Positions 9,804-21,359 are shown, counted from the first letter of the stretch. The stretch is 64,000 bases of DNA from Basidiobolus meristosporus CBS 931.73 (GCA_002104905.1 MCFE01000215.1:62001-126000); one strand, 5' to 3'. Notes: generated from the sequence alone by a model not told the origin. Numbers and translations are program-made.

Positions 9804-12800
9804 CTATTCTCCTCTTCCAGGCGGAGCTCTGTTTCCCTTTGGGGCAGGTTTTGCAGGATATTGTTGGTGGAACTGGGTAACTAGTTCTTGACAATTAGTG
9901 AGATGTGTAGCTGGTTCCCATGTTTGGTCACTTGGGCCATAACCAATCCAGTCTACTAAGTAGTACAGCTTTGACCGGATATACTTGGAGTCTAGAATCT
10001 GTTTAACTTCAAATTCTTGATGTTGGTCAACCTGGATAGCTTGGGGCTTTGCTTCTTGCCAGTTTGGCAATGTGTTCCTACAATACGGCTCCAGGAGGGA
10101 CACATGGAAAGTATCATGGATTTTCATACTTGCTGGTAACTGTAGCTGATATACTATAGGGCTAAGCTTCTTCTTGATCTTGAAGGGACCAAGTTTCTTG
10201 AAATCCAACTTGTCACAAGGGCGGTTGGTGCTGATGTTTCTTCTGAGCAACCATACAGAATCTCCTTCATTAAGATCAGGGCTGGGATGCCGTTTTAGAT
10301 TGGCAAATTTCTTGTAGCTTTCCTGAGCTAAGGATAGCTCTTCCTTGAGGGTGTTCTGGATGTCCTGGATTGCTTGGGCATGTTCAGCCGCATGTGGGCT
10401 CATTGGGTTTGTTGGAATCTGGATATCAAACTGAGGGTGGAATCCATAGTTTGCATAGAATGGTGTAAAACCGGTTGCACTATGGCTTGAGTTGTTGTAG
10501 GCAAACTCAGCAACAGGGAGTAGATCAACCCAATTGTCTTGCTGGTAATTGATATAGCACCGGAGGTATTGCTCCAGAATCTGGTTGATTCTTTCAGTCT
10601 GGCCATCAGACTGTGGATGGAAGGCAGTAGAGAGCTTGACTTGAACACCAAGGTATTGCATGAAGTGTTTCCAAAACTTGGACACAAACTGTGGGCCTCT
10701 ATCTGACACAATATCACTGGGGATACCATGAAGGCGGAAAATATTCTTCAGGACTAAAGCAGCAGTTTCTTTTGCATCAGTGTTCTTACAGCAAGGGATG
10801 AAGTGAGCCATCTTGGTCAGCCGGTCAGCCACTACAAGTATAGTATTGAAGCCACATGACTCAGGGAGGTCAGTAATGAAGTCCATAGATATAGATCTCC
10901 ATTGGTGTTCTGGGATAGGCAGGGGTTGAAGAAGTCCATAGGGCTGGTGTCTGGCTGGTTTTGCACGGTTGCAAATATCACAAGTCAGAATGTACTCTTT
11001 GATAAGAGTTATCATTCTAGGCCACCAGAAATCTCTTTTGATAGCATTCAAGGTTTTGGCAGTACCAAAGTGGCCTGCAGCCATTGAATCATGCCGAGAC
11101 TTAATGATGTCTAGCTGGGTGGCAAGGTCTGGGACATAAAGCTGCTGCTTGTGGTAGATGAGGTTGTTTACCAAATGCAGGTTCTGGATGTTTGGGAACT
11201 TGGGAGGGGGCCCAACTGGGGATTCCAGATATTTCTTGATGGTGCTGGAAGTCATATCAGAGGCTTGGGATTCTGATATCCTTACTAGGAATGAAGGGAT
11301 GACAAGACTTGAGGACTGGGTGGCAAGAATCTCAAAATGTTTCTTGCTCAGCAATGGGTGTTCCATTTGCCGACAGGCATCATCTCCCTCTTCCAGGGCA
11401 TATTCCTTTTTTCTGGACAGGGCATCAGGCTTTCCTTGCTTTGCACCAGGTCTATAGGTGATAGTAAAGTCAAAGCTGGACAGGAAGAGTGACCATCTGG
11501 CTTGTCTCCGGTTTAGTACTTTGGAAGTTGTAAAGTACTCAAGGTTCTTATGGTCACAGAAGACTTTGATATTGTGTTTTGCACCGTCCAGGTAGTGTCT
11601 CCATTGCTCAAAGGCTACAATGATGGCAAGCAACTCCTTATCATAGATATCATAGTTGATCTCTGCAGGGGAAAACTTCCGAGAGTAGAATGCAATGGGG
11701 TGCAACACATTGTCCTCATCATACTGGGAGAGTATGGCACCAAGGGCAAAATCAGAAGCATCAGTCTCCACTATGAATTGCTTCTCAAGGTCAGGGTGGG
11801 CAAGCAGGGGGGCCTTCAGGAAAGATTTCTTGAGTTGGTTGAATGAGCTGGATTGCTCCTCATTCCAGGCAAAAGGTGTGTTCTTCTGGGTAAGCTTTGT
11901 CAGAGGGGTGACTATCTTGGAGTAGTTGGCTATGAACCTGCGATAGAAGTTGGCAAATCCCAGGAAGGATTGTACTTCCTTGACTGAGCTTGGAGTTTTC
12001 CAGGACTGGACTGAGTCAACTTTCTCTGGGTCCATTCTTGTTCCCTCAGGGCTGATGAGGTAACCCAGAAATTCTACTTCTCTCTGGTCAAATTCACACT
12101 TCTCTAACTTGGCATAGAGACCGGCAGAGTCTAGTTTTCTCAATACTTTCTTGACATGTTCATCATGTTCATCTTGGCTCTTGGAGTATATGAGAATATC
12201 ATCAAGGTAGATTACCACAAACTGGTCAAGGTATTTGCGGAATATGTCATTCATGAGGTGTTGAAACACAGCAGGGGCATTGGTGAGGCCAAATGGCATT
12301 ACTTTGTACTCAAAGTGACCATATCTTGTGCGAAAGGCAGTTTTCCATTCATCACCAGGCTTGATTCTGACAAGATTGTAAGCTCCTCTCAAGTCTATCT
12401 TGGTGAAGACTTGGGCAGCAGATAGCTGATCCAACAGTGTGTTGATCAGGGGCAGGGGGTAGCGGTTCTTGACTGTGATCTTATTCAAAGCACGGTAGTC
12501 CACACACATTCTGAGGGTGCCATCCTTCTTCTTGACAAAGAGGATTGGGGCTCCAGCAGGTGATTTGGAGTGCTGAATAAAACCCTTCTGGAGGTTTTCT
12601 TGAATATAACCATGGAGTTCTTTCAACTCCGGCTGGGAGAGGTTATATATTGGGCCAAATGGAGGGACTTTTCCATCTTCAAGGTCAATAGGGCAGTCAT
12701 AAGGCCGATGGTCAGGGAGGAGTTCTGCATTCTTCTTGTCAAAGACATGGGCAAACTCTTGGTACTTGGCTGGTATAGTTGCTGAGGGGGCTCCTTCAGC

Positions 12801-13352
12801 TGGCAAGGTATCTTGGGCTGTTGAACTGTTGGCAACCGTCTTTTCACGGTTATCAGGGTCTGGAGATTTCATGGAGTTGACTTGGTGGGATCTGGTGAAT
12901 GACAGGATCTTGGATTTCCAATCAATACTCGGATTGTGGTAGCTCAGCCATGAGCTTCCAAGCACAATAGGATAGTGTGGTGAGTTGATGATGTTGAAGG
13001 CGATTCTTTCTTGGTGGGCAGTACTGGATAGCTGGAGTAAGCATGTTTCATGGGTAACAGCACCAGAGGAGAGTGATCTTCCATCAATAACTTCTACTTG
13101 GACTGGACAGGATTTCAAGGTAACAGGAATAGAGTGCTTCTGGACAAAGGCTTGGTCAATGAAACAGGATGAAGCACCGGAATCAATCAGGGCTAGGGCT
13201 GGGACAGGACTGGAGTCAGGGATCTGGATTTTGACAGGCATTCTCAAGGACTGGATAGATTTTGTGGCAAAGGAAGATTCTTGTATATGCTGGATTTTCA
13301 TGGGTGGGTCCAGTTGCAAGCCTGTCAGTGCAACTGGACATTGGAGTTTCCC
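9804..13352 (-). CDS. Chromovirus Pol (PR-RT-RNH-IN-chromodomain), reached by -1 frameshift from gag
   Basis: [76 protein letters not shown] and chromodomain [11 protein letters not shown]...YLVDWIGY...TWEP; the frame is open back to the slippery site. Confidence 0.95.
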   Translation of the reverse strand, partial: GKLQCPVALTGLQLDPPMKIQHIQESSFATKSIQSLRMPVKIQIPDSSPVPALALIDSGASSCFIDQAFVQKHSIPVTLKSCPVQVEVIDGRSLSSGAVTHETCLLQLSSTAHQERIAFNIINSPHYPIVLGSSWLSYHNPSIDWKSKILSFTRSHQVNSMKSPDPDNREKTVANSSTAQDTLPAEGAPSATIPAKYQEFAHVFDKKNAELLPDHRPYDCPIDLEDGKVPPFGPIYNLSQPELKELHGYIQENLQKGFIQHSKSPAGAPILFVKKKDGTLRMCVDYRALNKITVKNRYPLPLINTLLDQLSAAQVFTKIDLRGAYNLVRIKPGDEWKTAFRTRYGHFEYKVMPFGLTNAPAVFQHLMNDIFRKYLDQFVVIYLDDILIYSKSQDEHDEHVKKVLRKLDSAGLYAKLEKCEFDQREVEFLGYLISPEGTRMDPEKVDSVQSWKTPSSVKEVQSFLGFANFYRRFIANYSKIVTPLTKLTQKNTPFAWNEEQSSSFNQLKKSFLKAPLLAHPDLEKQFIVETDASDFALGAILSQYDEDNVLHPIAFYSRKFSPAEINYDIYDKELLAIIVAFEQWRHYLDGAKHNIKVFCDHKNLEYFTTSKVLNRRQARWSLFLSSFDFTITYRPGAKQGKPDALSRKKEYALEEGDDACRQMEHPLLSKKHFEILATQSSSLVIPSFLVRISESQASDMTSSTIKKYLESPVGPPPKFPNIQNLHLVNNLIYHKQQLYVPDLATQLDIIKSRHDSMAAGHFGTAKTLNAIKRDFWWPRMITLIKEYILTCDICNRAKPARHQPYGLLQPLPIPEHQWRSISMDFITDLPESCGFNTILVVADRLTKMAHFIPCCKNTDAKETAALVLKNIFRLHGIPSDIVSDRGPQFVSKFWKHFMQYLGVQVKLSTAFHPQSDGQTERINQILEQYLRCYINYQQDNWVDLLPVAEFAYNNSSHSATGFTPFYANYGFHPQFDIQIPTNPMSPHAAEHAQAIQDIQNTLKEELSLAQESYKKFANLKRHPSPDLNEGDSVWLLRRNISTNRPCDKLDFKKLGPFKIKKKLSPIVYQLQLPASMKIHDTFHVSLLEPYCRNTLPNWQEAKPQAIQVDQHQEFEVKQILDSKYIRSKLYYLVDWIGYGPSDQTWEPATHLTNCQELVTQFHQQYPAKPAPKGNRAPPGRGE
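13308..13352 (-). promoter_or_regulatory. -1 programmed ribosomal frameshift signal (G GGA AAC + 6-nt spacer + 11-bp stem-loop)
   Basis: Slippery heptamer at 13352-13346 in the gag frame; GTCCAGTTGCA/TGCAACTGGAC perfect stem with 10-nt loop; the -1 frame runs into pol. Confidence 0.88.
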
Positions 13353-14257
13353 GACAGATCTGGATCAGGTTGGTTGCTGGAGGACTGCATCAGCTTGAAG
13401 CTGGACTTCTTGTTGGGGCAGGACTTGGCAAAGTGACCTGGTTGGCCACAGTATAGACAGAGGTTGGCTTGTTGACATCTGGACTTTTCACTCTTTGATA
13501 GTTTCCTGTATTTGGCACTATCAATCTGCATAGGATCTTCTGGAGTGACTTGGGGAGCAGGAGGGGCTGGGACTGCAACAGGAATGTGTCTTTGACGGTT
13601 CTTTTGCTTCTTCTGGAATAGTCTGTTATCACACCGGATTGCTTGGTGCATAGCTTCAACCAATGTATCTGGATCTGGGAGTGTGAGTAGCAGATCACAA
13701 ACTTCATCATTGAGGCCATCTTGGAATTGGCTAATCAAGGCTGCTTGACCCCAGGAGCTGAGGTCACTGGAGAGTTGTCGGAATTCTGAGGCATAGACTG
13801 ATGCTGGTTTGTTCCCTTGCTTGAGGGTCTTGATCTTGTTGGCAGCAGTTCTGGCTTGGTCAAGGTTACCAAATGTTAGCTCCATTTCAGTGAGGAAAGC
13901 TTGGTAGTCTCTGAGGAGGGGAGAGTTGGTCTCCACTAATGGGGAGAACCACTTGAGAGCTGTACCAGTAAGCAGGTTGGAGATGAAACCAACTTTGGCC
14001 TGGTCAGTGGGGTACCGGTTGGGCTGGAGTGCAAGATTGTTCTTCACCATGTTGATGAAGCCACGGAATTCATTCTGAGAGCCATTGAACTTGGTAGCAG
14101 GAGTATACTTGGGTTCTTGGTAGACTGGGACATGGCTAGTTTGCTGGACACTTTGGTTCTGGAACTGAGCAAGAGTGTTTCTGAGGTCTGCATGGTCTTG
14201 CTGCAGTTGGGTAAAGGCAGCCATGAGCTGGGCAAAGTTCAGCTCTAGGTTGGACAT
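13325..14257 (-). CDS. Chromovirus Gag (retrotrans_gag-like capsid + CCHC knuckle)
   Basis: Likely start accATG MSNLEL at 14257; [50 protein letters not shown]. Confidence 0.93.
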   Translation of the reverse strand: MSNLELNFAQLMAAFTQLQQDHADLRNTLAQFQNQSVQQTSHVPVYQEPKYTPATKFNGSQNEFRGFINMVKNNLALQPNRYPTDQAKVGFISNLLTGTALKWFSPLVETNSPLLRDYQAFLTEMELTFGNLDQARTAANKIKTLKQGNKPASVYASEFRQLSSDLSSWGQAALISQFQDGLNDEVCDLLLTLPDPDTLVEAMHQAIRCDNRLFQKKQKNRQRHIPVAVPAPPAPQVTPEDPMQIDSAKYRKLSKSEKSRCQQANLCLYCGQPGHFAKSCPNKKSSFKLMQSSSNQPDPDLSGNSNVQLH

Positions 14258-14284
14258 GGTAGCAGAGGAAGGCGGATGAACTTG

Positions 14285-14600
14285 CAAGGAATACTGGAAT
14301 ATACTAAACTAGATTGTGGGTTTGTAAAGCCACTAGTATGTCAAGAATACAACTATTGAGCCACAATCCCCAACTTAAATAAGTTAGCGTCACTTCAGAA
14401 GGTACTGGTTTCAATGTCCTTTGATAGAGTATTGTACTAAAGCTTCCAATACTGTAACAACTGTAAACTCCACCAGCAGGGTAATAAAGTGAATGCAGCT
14501 TTGACCAATAGTTTTACAAAGATAAAGTATCTTTGCCTTTATAGGACAAGACTAGGGAAAGATGATGGGTGATACTTATGGTGAGTATTCCTTTTACAAG
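14285..14600 (-). ncRNA. Putative structured cis-acting RNA module in the chromovirus 5' leader, shared with the Gypsy-2 LTRs
   Basis: Homologous to 21455-21790, 27564-27900 and 30410-30740; closing helix AACTATTG/CAATAGTT; hairpin with compensatory changes and an AAGCTT loop. Confidence 0.6.
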
Positions 14601-14650
14601 TTTTCTTCAAACTTTGGGCAGAAGGCAGGGATCCACAGGTAAGTCAGGGG

Positions 14651-14661
14651 AGTCTGATAAA
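14651..14661 (-). promoter_or_regulatory. Self-priming PBS TTTATCAGACT (Tf1-type)
   Basis: Exactly complementary to AGTCTGATAAA at 14789-14779 in the LTR, 34 nt downstream of TATATATA (14823-14816). Confidence 0.85.
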
Positions 14662-14663
14662 AC

Positions 14664-15184
14664 TGTTATGAATAGACACAAGGCAGGAGGAAAAGCTAGG
14701 CACGGCAGGAAAGGACTTAGGTGTGGACCATCAAGGCAAGGCAGGATTCAAGGCAAGGCTGTTTATTCAAGACCTGTGTTTATCAGACTGAGGAATACTT
14801 AAGGGGGGATAGGACTATATATACTTTTTGGCTATATTGATGCCGAGAGATGTTAGCTAATACTAATGGGGTTGTGGGGTGAGGCACAGCAATGGTGCTG
14901 GGGATAATGACATAGATGACACGGTACTGAGACAGGATGGGAAAATGGATTGGGTCACCTGATCATGTGACTAAGTCATGTGACCTGGTATTTCCATATA
15001 TGGTACTGGACTATAAAAAATACGATGGAAAGCTTCCATGGAATGTTCCATTGTGTAACAATGGTTTGGAATGGTCAGGAACTTTCTGGAAGGTGGTAGA
15101 AGGTTCCGGAAGGAATCTCTTAGAAATTGAGCTGGGAAGCTGAAACTTGGCATGGGTGTTCATGGTTGTCATGTGATCATGACA
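14664..15184 (-). repeat. Chromovirus 5' LTR
   Basis: Identical direct repeat of 9283-9803; TATA box, predicted TSS at 14789, AATAAA just downstream. Confidence 0.96.
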
Positions 15185-17605
15185 TATATAGAGCTAATAG
15201 AACTGGATTTGCTCTATCTGGCTTATAGTATATACCATAGTCAGCATTACTCCTTTTGACACTCAAAGATTTCAAATAAGAATTTTTCTTGCAATTCCAG
15301 GCTCTTGGGTATTGCTTAAGACCTTATAGTGACTTTTTTAGCTTTCAGACCAAATAGAGGGTTATCTTGGTCAACAAAACCATCAGGCTGGTCCATATAG
15401 ACATGCTAATCAAGCTCTCCATTCAAAAATGCAGCTTTTACATTCATATGATGAATAAAAACTTATATTTGGCTGCAAATGCCAATATTAGTCTGAAGGA
15501 ATTAAACCTGGCTTCCAGTGCAAAGGTCTCAGTATAGTCAAGTCCTTTTGTTTGAGAGTATCCTTTGGCCACATGTCTTACTTTACATCTTTCAATTGTA
15601 CCATCAGCCTTGTATTTTGTCTTGAAGACACATCAGCATCCAATTGATTTTTGGCTGCTTAGTGACTTGACTAAGTCCCAAGTTTGATTTTCCACCAGGG
15701 CCTGATATTCCTCAATCATTGTAGATCTCCAAAACTTTGTCTGAGGGATATTTAGGGTCTCTTTTACAGTCTGGGGCTCATCAATATGGACTGAATAGGC
15801 ATAGGCTAAGTTTGTACCCTCATTGATATAGTGATCTGGGCTATTTCTTTTCTGATTAAATCTACAGGCATTTGATACTGGAATGATCACTTCTGGGATA
15901 TTCCTGGGCACTGATTCAGGCTGAACCACAGTTGTAGAGTCCTCTGGAGTGAAAAAATCTTCATTGTTTTGCTCTGGTTCAATCCCAACAACTGGTGGAC
16001 TTGAGATCAGATTTTTGTCATCATCTGATGTCATTTTTTGTGAAAATTTTAAATTTTCATCAAACAGCACATCACTAGCCTTCATTAGCCTCTTTACTTT
16101 GGTATTGTAGAGTCTGTATGCTTTACTCTCATTGCAGTAACCTAAAAATATGCATTTTACATTTTTTGGCTCGTATTTTGACTGATTGCTGGGCAGTTTC
16201 TTGGCATATGCTGTACACCCAAATATTCTGAGATGTTCTGCACTTGATCTGCACCCATACCATGCCTCAAATGGAGTAGAATCACAAAGTATTATGATAA
16301 AACTCCTACTTTTATGGTATACAGCTGTGGAAATCAATTCCGCTTAAAATCATAGGATAATTTTGATCTTGGAACATAGATCTTGCTATGGCAATTACTG
16401 ATCTGTTAGCCAATCCTGCTACTCCATTTGCTGTGGGGAGTATGGTACTGTAGTCTCTTGCTTTATCCCATGAGTTTTGCAGCAGTGGTTGAAGAGTTTT
16501 GAGGTATATTCTCCACCATTGTCAGAGAGTATTTTCTTGATTTTTTCACTGGTCTCTCTCTCCACCATGGCTTTAAGTTCCCAGAGGTTGGACAGAACTT
16601 CTTCCTTTCTATCCATGAAGTAAACCCATGTGTATCTTGCATAATCATCAATAAAAGTGATGCAATGCTTCATCCCACTTAAGGATAAATTTTGCATAAC
16701 TCCTCACAGATCTGAGTGAACTAGATCTAATTTTTTCTTAGTTTTGATTAATCTAGAGCTCTTGAATGGTTGTCTGGCTTGTTTCCCATGTATGCAGGCT
16801 TCAAAGTGCTCCAAACTAGCTGGGTGATCAATTTTTACTCCAGAAAATAGCTGATCTTGGATCATTTTGGGCAAATAATCCAAATTGATGTGCCCAAATC
16901 TCCTGTACCTAAGTATAGGTGTTTCTTCATTTAAGTTACTTATATTGGCTTCCAGATATGATGGAATATAAGTCAACCTGTATATATTCTGATCTCTGAT
17001 ACCCAAAGCAATATGGGCTCCATTTTGATCAGTGATCCTTCATCCAGAATTGTCAAAGCTGAAACTAAGTCCCTCTGCTGTGGCCTTGCTTACAGATAGT
17101 AGGTTCTTGCTATTTCTGGTACATACAGTACCTCTTTAGAGGTCAGTGTATGGCTTCCTTCACTGCTTCTAGGTCTACTAGGATAGTTCATTCTCCCACT
17201 GCATCAAGTGTTCTATCATCACCCATGAAAACCTTCTAGATTGGAATTTCTTGATAGTGGGTAAAAAGTTCTTTTTGGAGTGTAAAGTGTTGAGATGCCC
17301 CAGAGTCAGTGTACCACATGTGAGAATCCTTGTTTGTGGTCATACTCAGTGCAGATATGAATAGTCTATCTTCAGTTGTTGCAGTATTTCCATATTCAGG
17401 CTTCTTTTGCTGATTTTCTCTCTTTTTGAGACACCAGTCTGATGTGTGTTCTTTCTTTTGCAGTAGTTGCAAAACAGGTTGCTATTGTCTTTGTAGGGTC
17501 TTGGGTACCTCCTTTGTTGGTTCCCATTGCTTATTGCAGCATTTTCTTCTTCCTGCTTATTGGCACTTGATATTCTTAATTCTTCATCCAGGAGCCTTCC
17601 ATCCA

Positions 17606-18440
17606 ACTGTCAATGATTCTGGTGATATAGTTGTATCAATTCTCTGATTCATCTTTTCTGCATTTGAGATACTTTGGCCTGTGCTTCTTGACAACTCTGT
17701 TCCAGCTGCAGGTGTCTACTTGGCTGACCAAGTTCATCTTCTAAGGTTTCTGTAAGCTTTGGTTGTGTGAGATCTCCTGGAATCCTTGGTTCACATCCAT
17801 ACACTATGTAAAATGGCAATTGTTGGGTGGTGTTGTGTATTTTTACTCTGCATGCAAAGTGTGCTTGGTCTATATACTCATCCCATCTACTGATAGCTCC
17901 ATTTGCATACTTGGTCAGCATTTTTCCAAATAGCCCATTAAATTGCTCAGTGACTCTATTAGCTCTAGGGTGATATGCCAAGGTTTTCAAGTGTATGATG
18001 TGCTGCATTTCCAGGTAAGCTTGCAATGCCTTTGCTATAAAGTTTGCTCCTCTTTTGGATGGAATCTCTATTGGGCACCCAAACTTCATAAGGATCTTAT
18101 GGTAGATGAAACTTGCAACTTCTTTTCACTGGCTACAGGTACTGCTTTAGCCACTTGCCATTTAGTTGCATGGTCAATTGCTACTAGGATCCAACAGTTG
18201 CATTTCCTGGTAGTTGGCAGTCTTCCAATAAAGTCAATTCCCCATCTTTCAAATGGTCTTACAGGCTCTAAGCAAAAGAGGTCAGCAGTTCTCTGTGGTT
18301 GACCTTGGTTGATTTGGCCATTGGGCATGTTTTCACTAGCTTCTCAATGTCTTGTTTCATTCTGGGCCACCATGCTCTGGTTTTCTCAAGGCTAGAGGTT
18401 CTTTCAGTTTCAAGATGTGCATATCCATTGTGAAGCTTAT
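17606..18440 (-). pseudogene. Ty3/Gypsy integrase remnant of a third family
   Basis: Fragments AWWPRMKQDIEKLVKTC, PFERWGIDFIG, VAIDHATKW, YHPRAN..TEQFNG in ORFs 17649-18089, 18086-18328 and 18268-18468. Confidence 0.8.
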
Positions 18441-18625
18441 AGACTTGATCTGTTGGATAGTGCCACATAGTGCCAGCCTGTTAATAGTGCCAGATTGATC
18501 TGCACCCTACAGCACTATCTGGCACTATAACTTCTACCATGATGCCAGTGGTATGATACAATTACTGGTAATTTTACTCAATCTTACTTATGTTGCTCCA
18601 AATAGTGCTTTCCTTGCTTTATTTA

Positions 18626-19500
18626 CTATTCATAATGCTCCAGACACATTTCTCTCAGTGGATGTCTTCTTGTATGAGCATACTGTGCATTAATAGATAT
18701 CTTAACTATTTTACCTATTCTGCTGTTTTCTCCTATATATGACTTTCCTTTGTATTTACCTGCCAGTATGCTGAATCTCTTCAGATATTCAAGTATGTGC
18801 TCTACCCTCACTCTGAAATGATTAAATATCTCATTGTAGAGCTTCTGCTTCCTGCTGAGCACACCATTCCTTGGCTTCCTATCAGCTGTAATACAACCTA
18901 ATCTGTGACAATCCTCTCCTATATAGGCTAAGTCTGCCATACATTTCTCTCCTCTACTGAATTCAGGATGATTCTCTACCCAGAGTGCTTTGTCATGCCT
19001 ACTTCCAGCAAATGGCCCACTAAACCAGATGATGCTACCCTCAATGTCAGACAGTGCATGAAACTTCACACAGTGTGCCTTGTGCTTGCCAGAATAAAAG
19101 TGCCCCTGTCCTCTAGAAGGTCTGTTAATCCTCACTGGGAAGGTATCCAAAATACTCCGGATATGGGACCTGTTGCTAAACACTCAGGGATATGGAAGTC
19201 TACTGGAGCTTCTGAACCTAGTATTCCAAGCTTGCTCTAAGTCTTTCATACACTCAGCAAGGTGGTTCTCCATTGCTGTCAGCTGGGATTGAAAGCTTCT
19301 AGGACTTTTGTTGCCATGGATGTTGGGATGAAAGCTTGTAGGGCAATAGTTCTAGTAATAGCAGAAAAGCTTAACAAGGGATCTCCTTGAGTAGATTGAG
19401 GTAGATGGTCCATAGTACTTGGAATAGATCCCCTCTAGTGTGTCAAAAGGAAATCCAGTGGTAGTGATGGGATTGATGAGAAAAGACCATTCAGATGAGC
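18626..19500 (-). pseudogene. DDE_Tnp_4-like (IS5/Harbinger family) transposase, interrupted
   Basis: ILDTFPVRINRP (D), HCVKFHAL, GPFAGSRHD, CMADLAYIG (D), RKPRNGVLS..YNEIFNHFRVRVEH (E). The frame continues upstream of 19183 past one TGA. The 5' boundary is approximate. Confidence 0.8.
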
Positions 19501-19958
19501 AAGTCATATTCAAATTGGTGGATGATTGTATGGAGGTGGATTAAATTGATTTGGTGCAATCTGCATTATTTATCTGACTTTTAATGCATTATGATTAAAT
19601 CTCCATCAATTGCCATGTATCCCATCATTATGTTGCAAAAATTATCTGCAAACAATGCCTTGGTACTTTTATTAATGCTTTACTCCTAGGTCTATAATCA
19701 AATAGGAAATCTGCAACTGATGTGATCTGGTCCGTGTCAACATGATCTGAGATGCATCATGCATAATATATGGAAAATTCAACAATCACATTAGTTTTCA
19801 TATTTATTTCATATAAGACCAGGTTTATGCCAATATACTGCTGTATAAGTATCCAAATCTGTTGCTATGGTCCCCATACCAAGTCTCAACTCATCTTTAG
19901 TACAACCCAGACAAAACCCATCCCCAGCTCACAAGCGCGGTCCAGACCAGAAAAGTCA

Positions 19959-20687
19959 ATGTTGGATCTGTTCAAGTTCTTGCCAAATGATTTTAGTATA
20001 GCCCAGGTGTCTATGATGAGCCTTCATACAAATATTTGGGCACTACTGATTAATCTAGCAGATCTAGATACCCCAGTGAGTCAACAAAGATGGAAGAATT
20101 TGAGTAGAAAGCTGTGGCATGAGTTTTACATCAAGATGCAAGCCAATGTATGCAAGAAGATATATAACAAGACAAGTATTGAAATCAAGAATGAGCTCAG
20201 AGTGAAGGAATTTGATGAAGAAGCCGCATGGGAACAATTTTGTGTGCAATTTGCACAGTACAGGCTGGACGTGTCTGTTTGTGCCTCAACTTTGGGAACC
20301 AAAGAGATTTTGAATGAGTTTTTGCCTCATATGACTAATGTACGACATGATATATTAGTAGAGCTAAGTGGCTTCCAAGAGCAATATACACAGGTCTCAT
20401 CCAGGCAACAGCTCCAAAGTATCAAACACAGGGTAAGTGAATACCTTGAGGAATCAGATGGTGAGCCTCAGGAGGAAGAATACAGACCGCAAGCAACATT
20501 GTCCAGATTGTGCCAGCATGCCTTGCTGGATTCCTTACCATCTCTTGCAATACAGCGTGCCAGCGTATGTCAGTCCAGACTACACCAACACCCTTTACCA
20601 GAACAACCCGCATTGAGTCAATGCGCGTTGGGTCAATGCATGTGCTTCAGAGCAAAACTACCAGAACTTGCCAAACTGCTCATTTAG
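19959..20687 (+). CDS. Hypothetical protein, candidate accessory gene of the PHIS element (may splice into 20762-21112)
   Basis: Long open frame with CpG retained, divergent from the transposase; no family recognised. Confidence 0.4.
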   Translation: MLDLFKFLPNDFSIAQVSMMSLHTNIWALLINLADLDTPVSQQRWKNLSRKLWHEFYIKMQANVCKKIYNKTSIEIKNELRVKEFDEEAAWEQFCVQFAQYRLDVSVCASTLGTKEILNEFLPHMTNVRHDILVELSGFQEQYTQVSSRQQLQSIKHRVSEYLEESDGEPQEEEYRPQATLSRLCQHALLDSLPSLAIQRASVCQSRLHQHPLPEQPALSQCALGQCMCFRAKLPELAKLLI

Positions 20688-21359
20688 ACACAAGTTCATT
20701 GGAGCAGACCAAGTTGCATCAACATGCAGCATCACATTGAACTCAGCCAAGGGCCATCTCAATGTGTCAAGTTGCGCCTGCACATGCTGTTTTGTCTGAC
20801 CATCAGCAAGTTACTTTTGGTGAACTGACTGATGATGACCAACATGAAGTGCCTCAATCACCAGAGCCCTTGGCAAGTAAAAGAACGTGTCAGCGCGTGG
20901 CACTCCAGGCTGGCTCAGTTGGTTCAGTTGGAGCAATTCAGCACGGCCAAGCTGCAGCATTGCACTCATCAACTAGGAGGCAAAATACTGACTACAAATA
21001 CACAAGTAGCCAAGATGATAGTCAGCCAGGAAGTAGTATAGGTGTGCAAAGCGAGTCACTACCAAATGCTTCAGTAGTAATCCCTGTGAGAAAAAAACCC
21101 AGGAGAAGATGATGCAATTGCTTTGAATTGCTATTATTTGTAATGATCCCTACAACCCATTTTTTTTGCAATCTGAATTAAGCCATTGCAAATCAGTGAT
21201 CATCGAATTTTTGATATAAGTAATATCAAGGTTGTCTCACATTTGAGACAGAACCCCTATAAATAAACACCCTGCATATATATACATCATCTGTAATACC
21301 AGTGCAGCTATTGGATCTGTTTTGCACCTACCCAATTGCTTGCGTGCTAGCTATGACGC

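Larger units (their letters stand above)
9283..15184 (-). mobile_element. Ty3/Gypsy chromovirus (Tf1/sushi-type), full length, very young
   Basis: 521-bp LTRs 9283-9803 and 14664-15184 appear identical; TSD TATAT 9278-9282 and 15185-15189; PPT GGAAGAGGAGAATAG; intact gag and pol with chromodomain. Confidence 0.97.
9178..17605 (-). mobile_element. Copia copy C, truncated and decayed, interrupted by the chromovirus at 9283-15184
   Basis: 9178-9282 and 15190-17605 align to copy B RT-IN-PR-gag; the RT sequence is continuous across the TATAT TSD; ORFs 15633-16337, 16419-16697, 16704-17006, 17236-17606. Confidence 0.88.
18441..21300. mobile_element. PIF/Harbinger-ISL2EU (PHIS) type DNA transposon; left end defined, right end not found
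   Basis: Starts AGACTTGATCTGTTGGATAGTGCCACAT, the same terminus as the MITEs at 37668 and 39471; subterminal TAGTGCCA repeats; DDE transposase plus a divergent second ORF. Right boundary is approximate. Confidence 0.6.

Noticed and set aside
14490-14530. Twister-ribozyme-like words (AATGCAGC, GTTACAA) on the + strand of the shared module
   Set aside because: The required P4 and pseudoknot pairings are not found, and the strand is antisense to the elements; no hammerhead or HDV core seen either.
14578-14646. CAGGTAAGT and GGTGAGT splice-donor/U1-like motifs
   Set aside because: Antisense to the element, short, and the GT of the second is not conserved in the homologous LTR copies.
18626-19183. 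Bacterial IS5 insertion or contamination
   Set aside because: Terminus shared with resident eukaryotic MITEs and same compositional decay; fits eukaryotic PHIS transposons.
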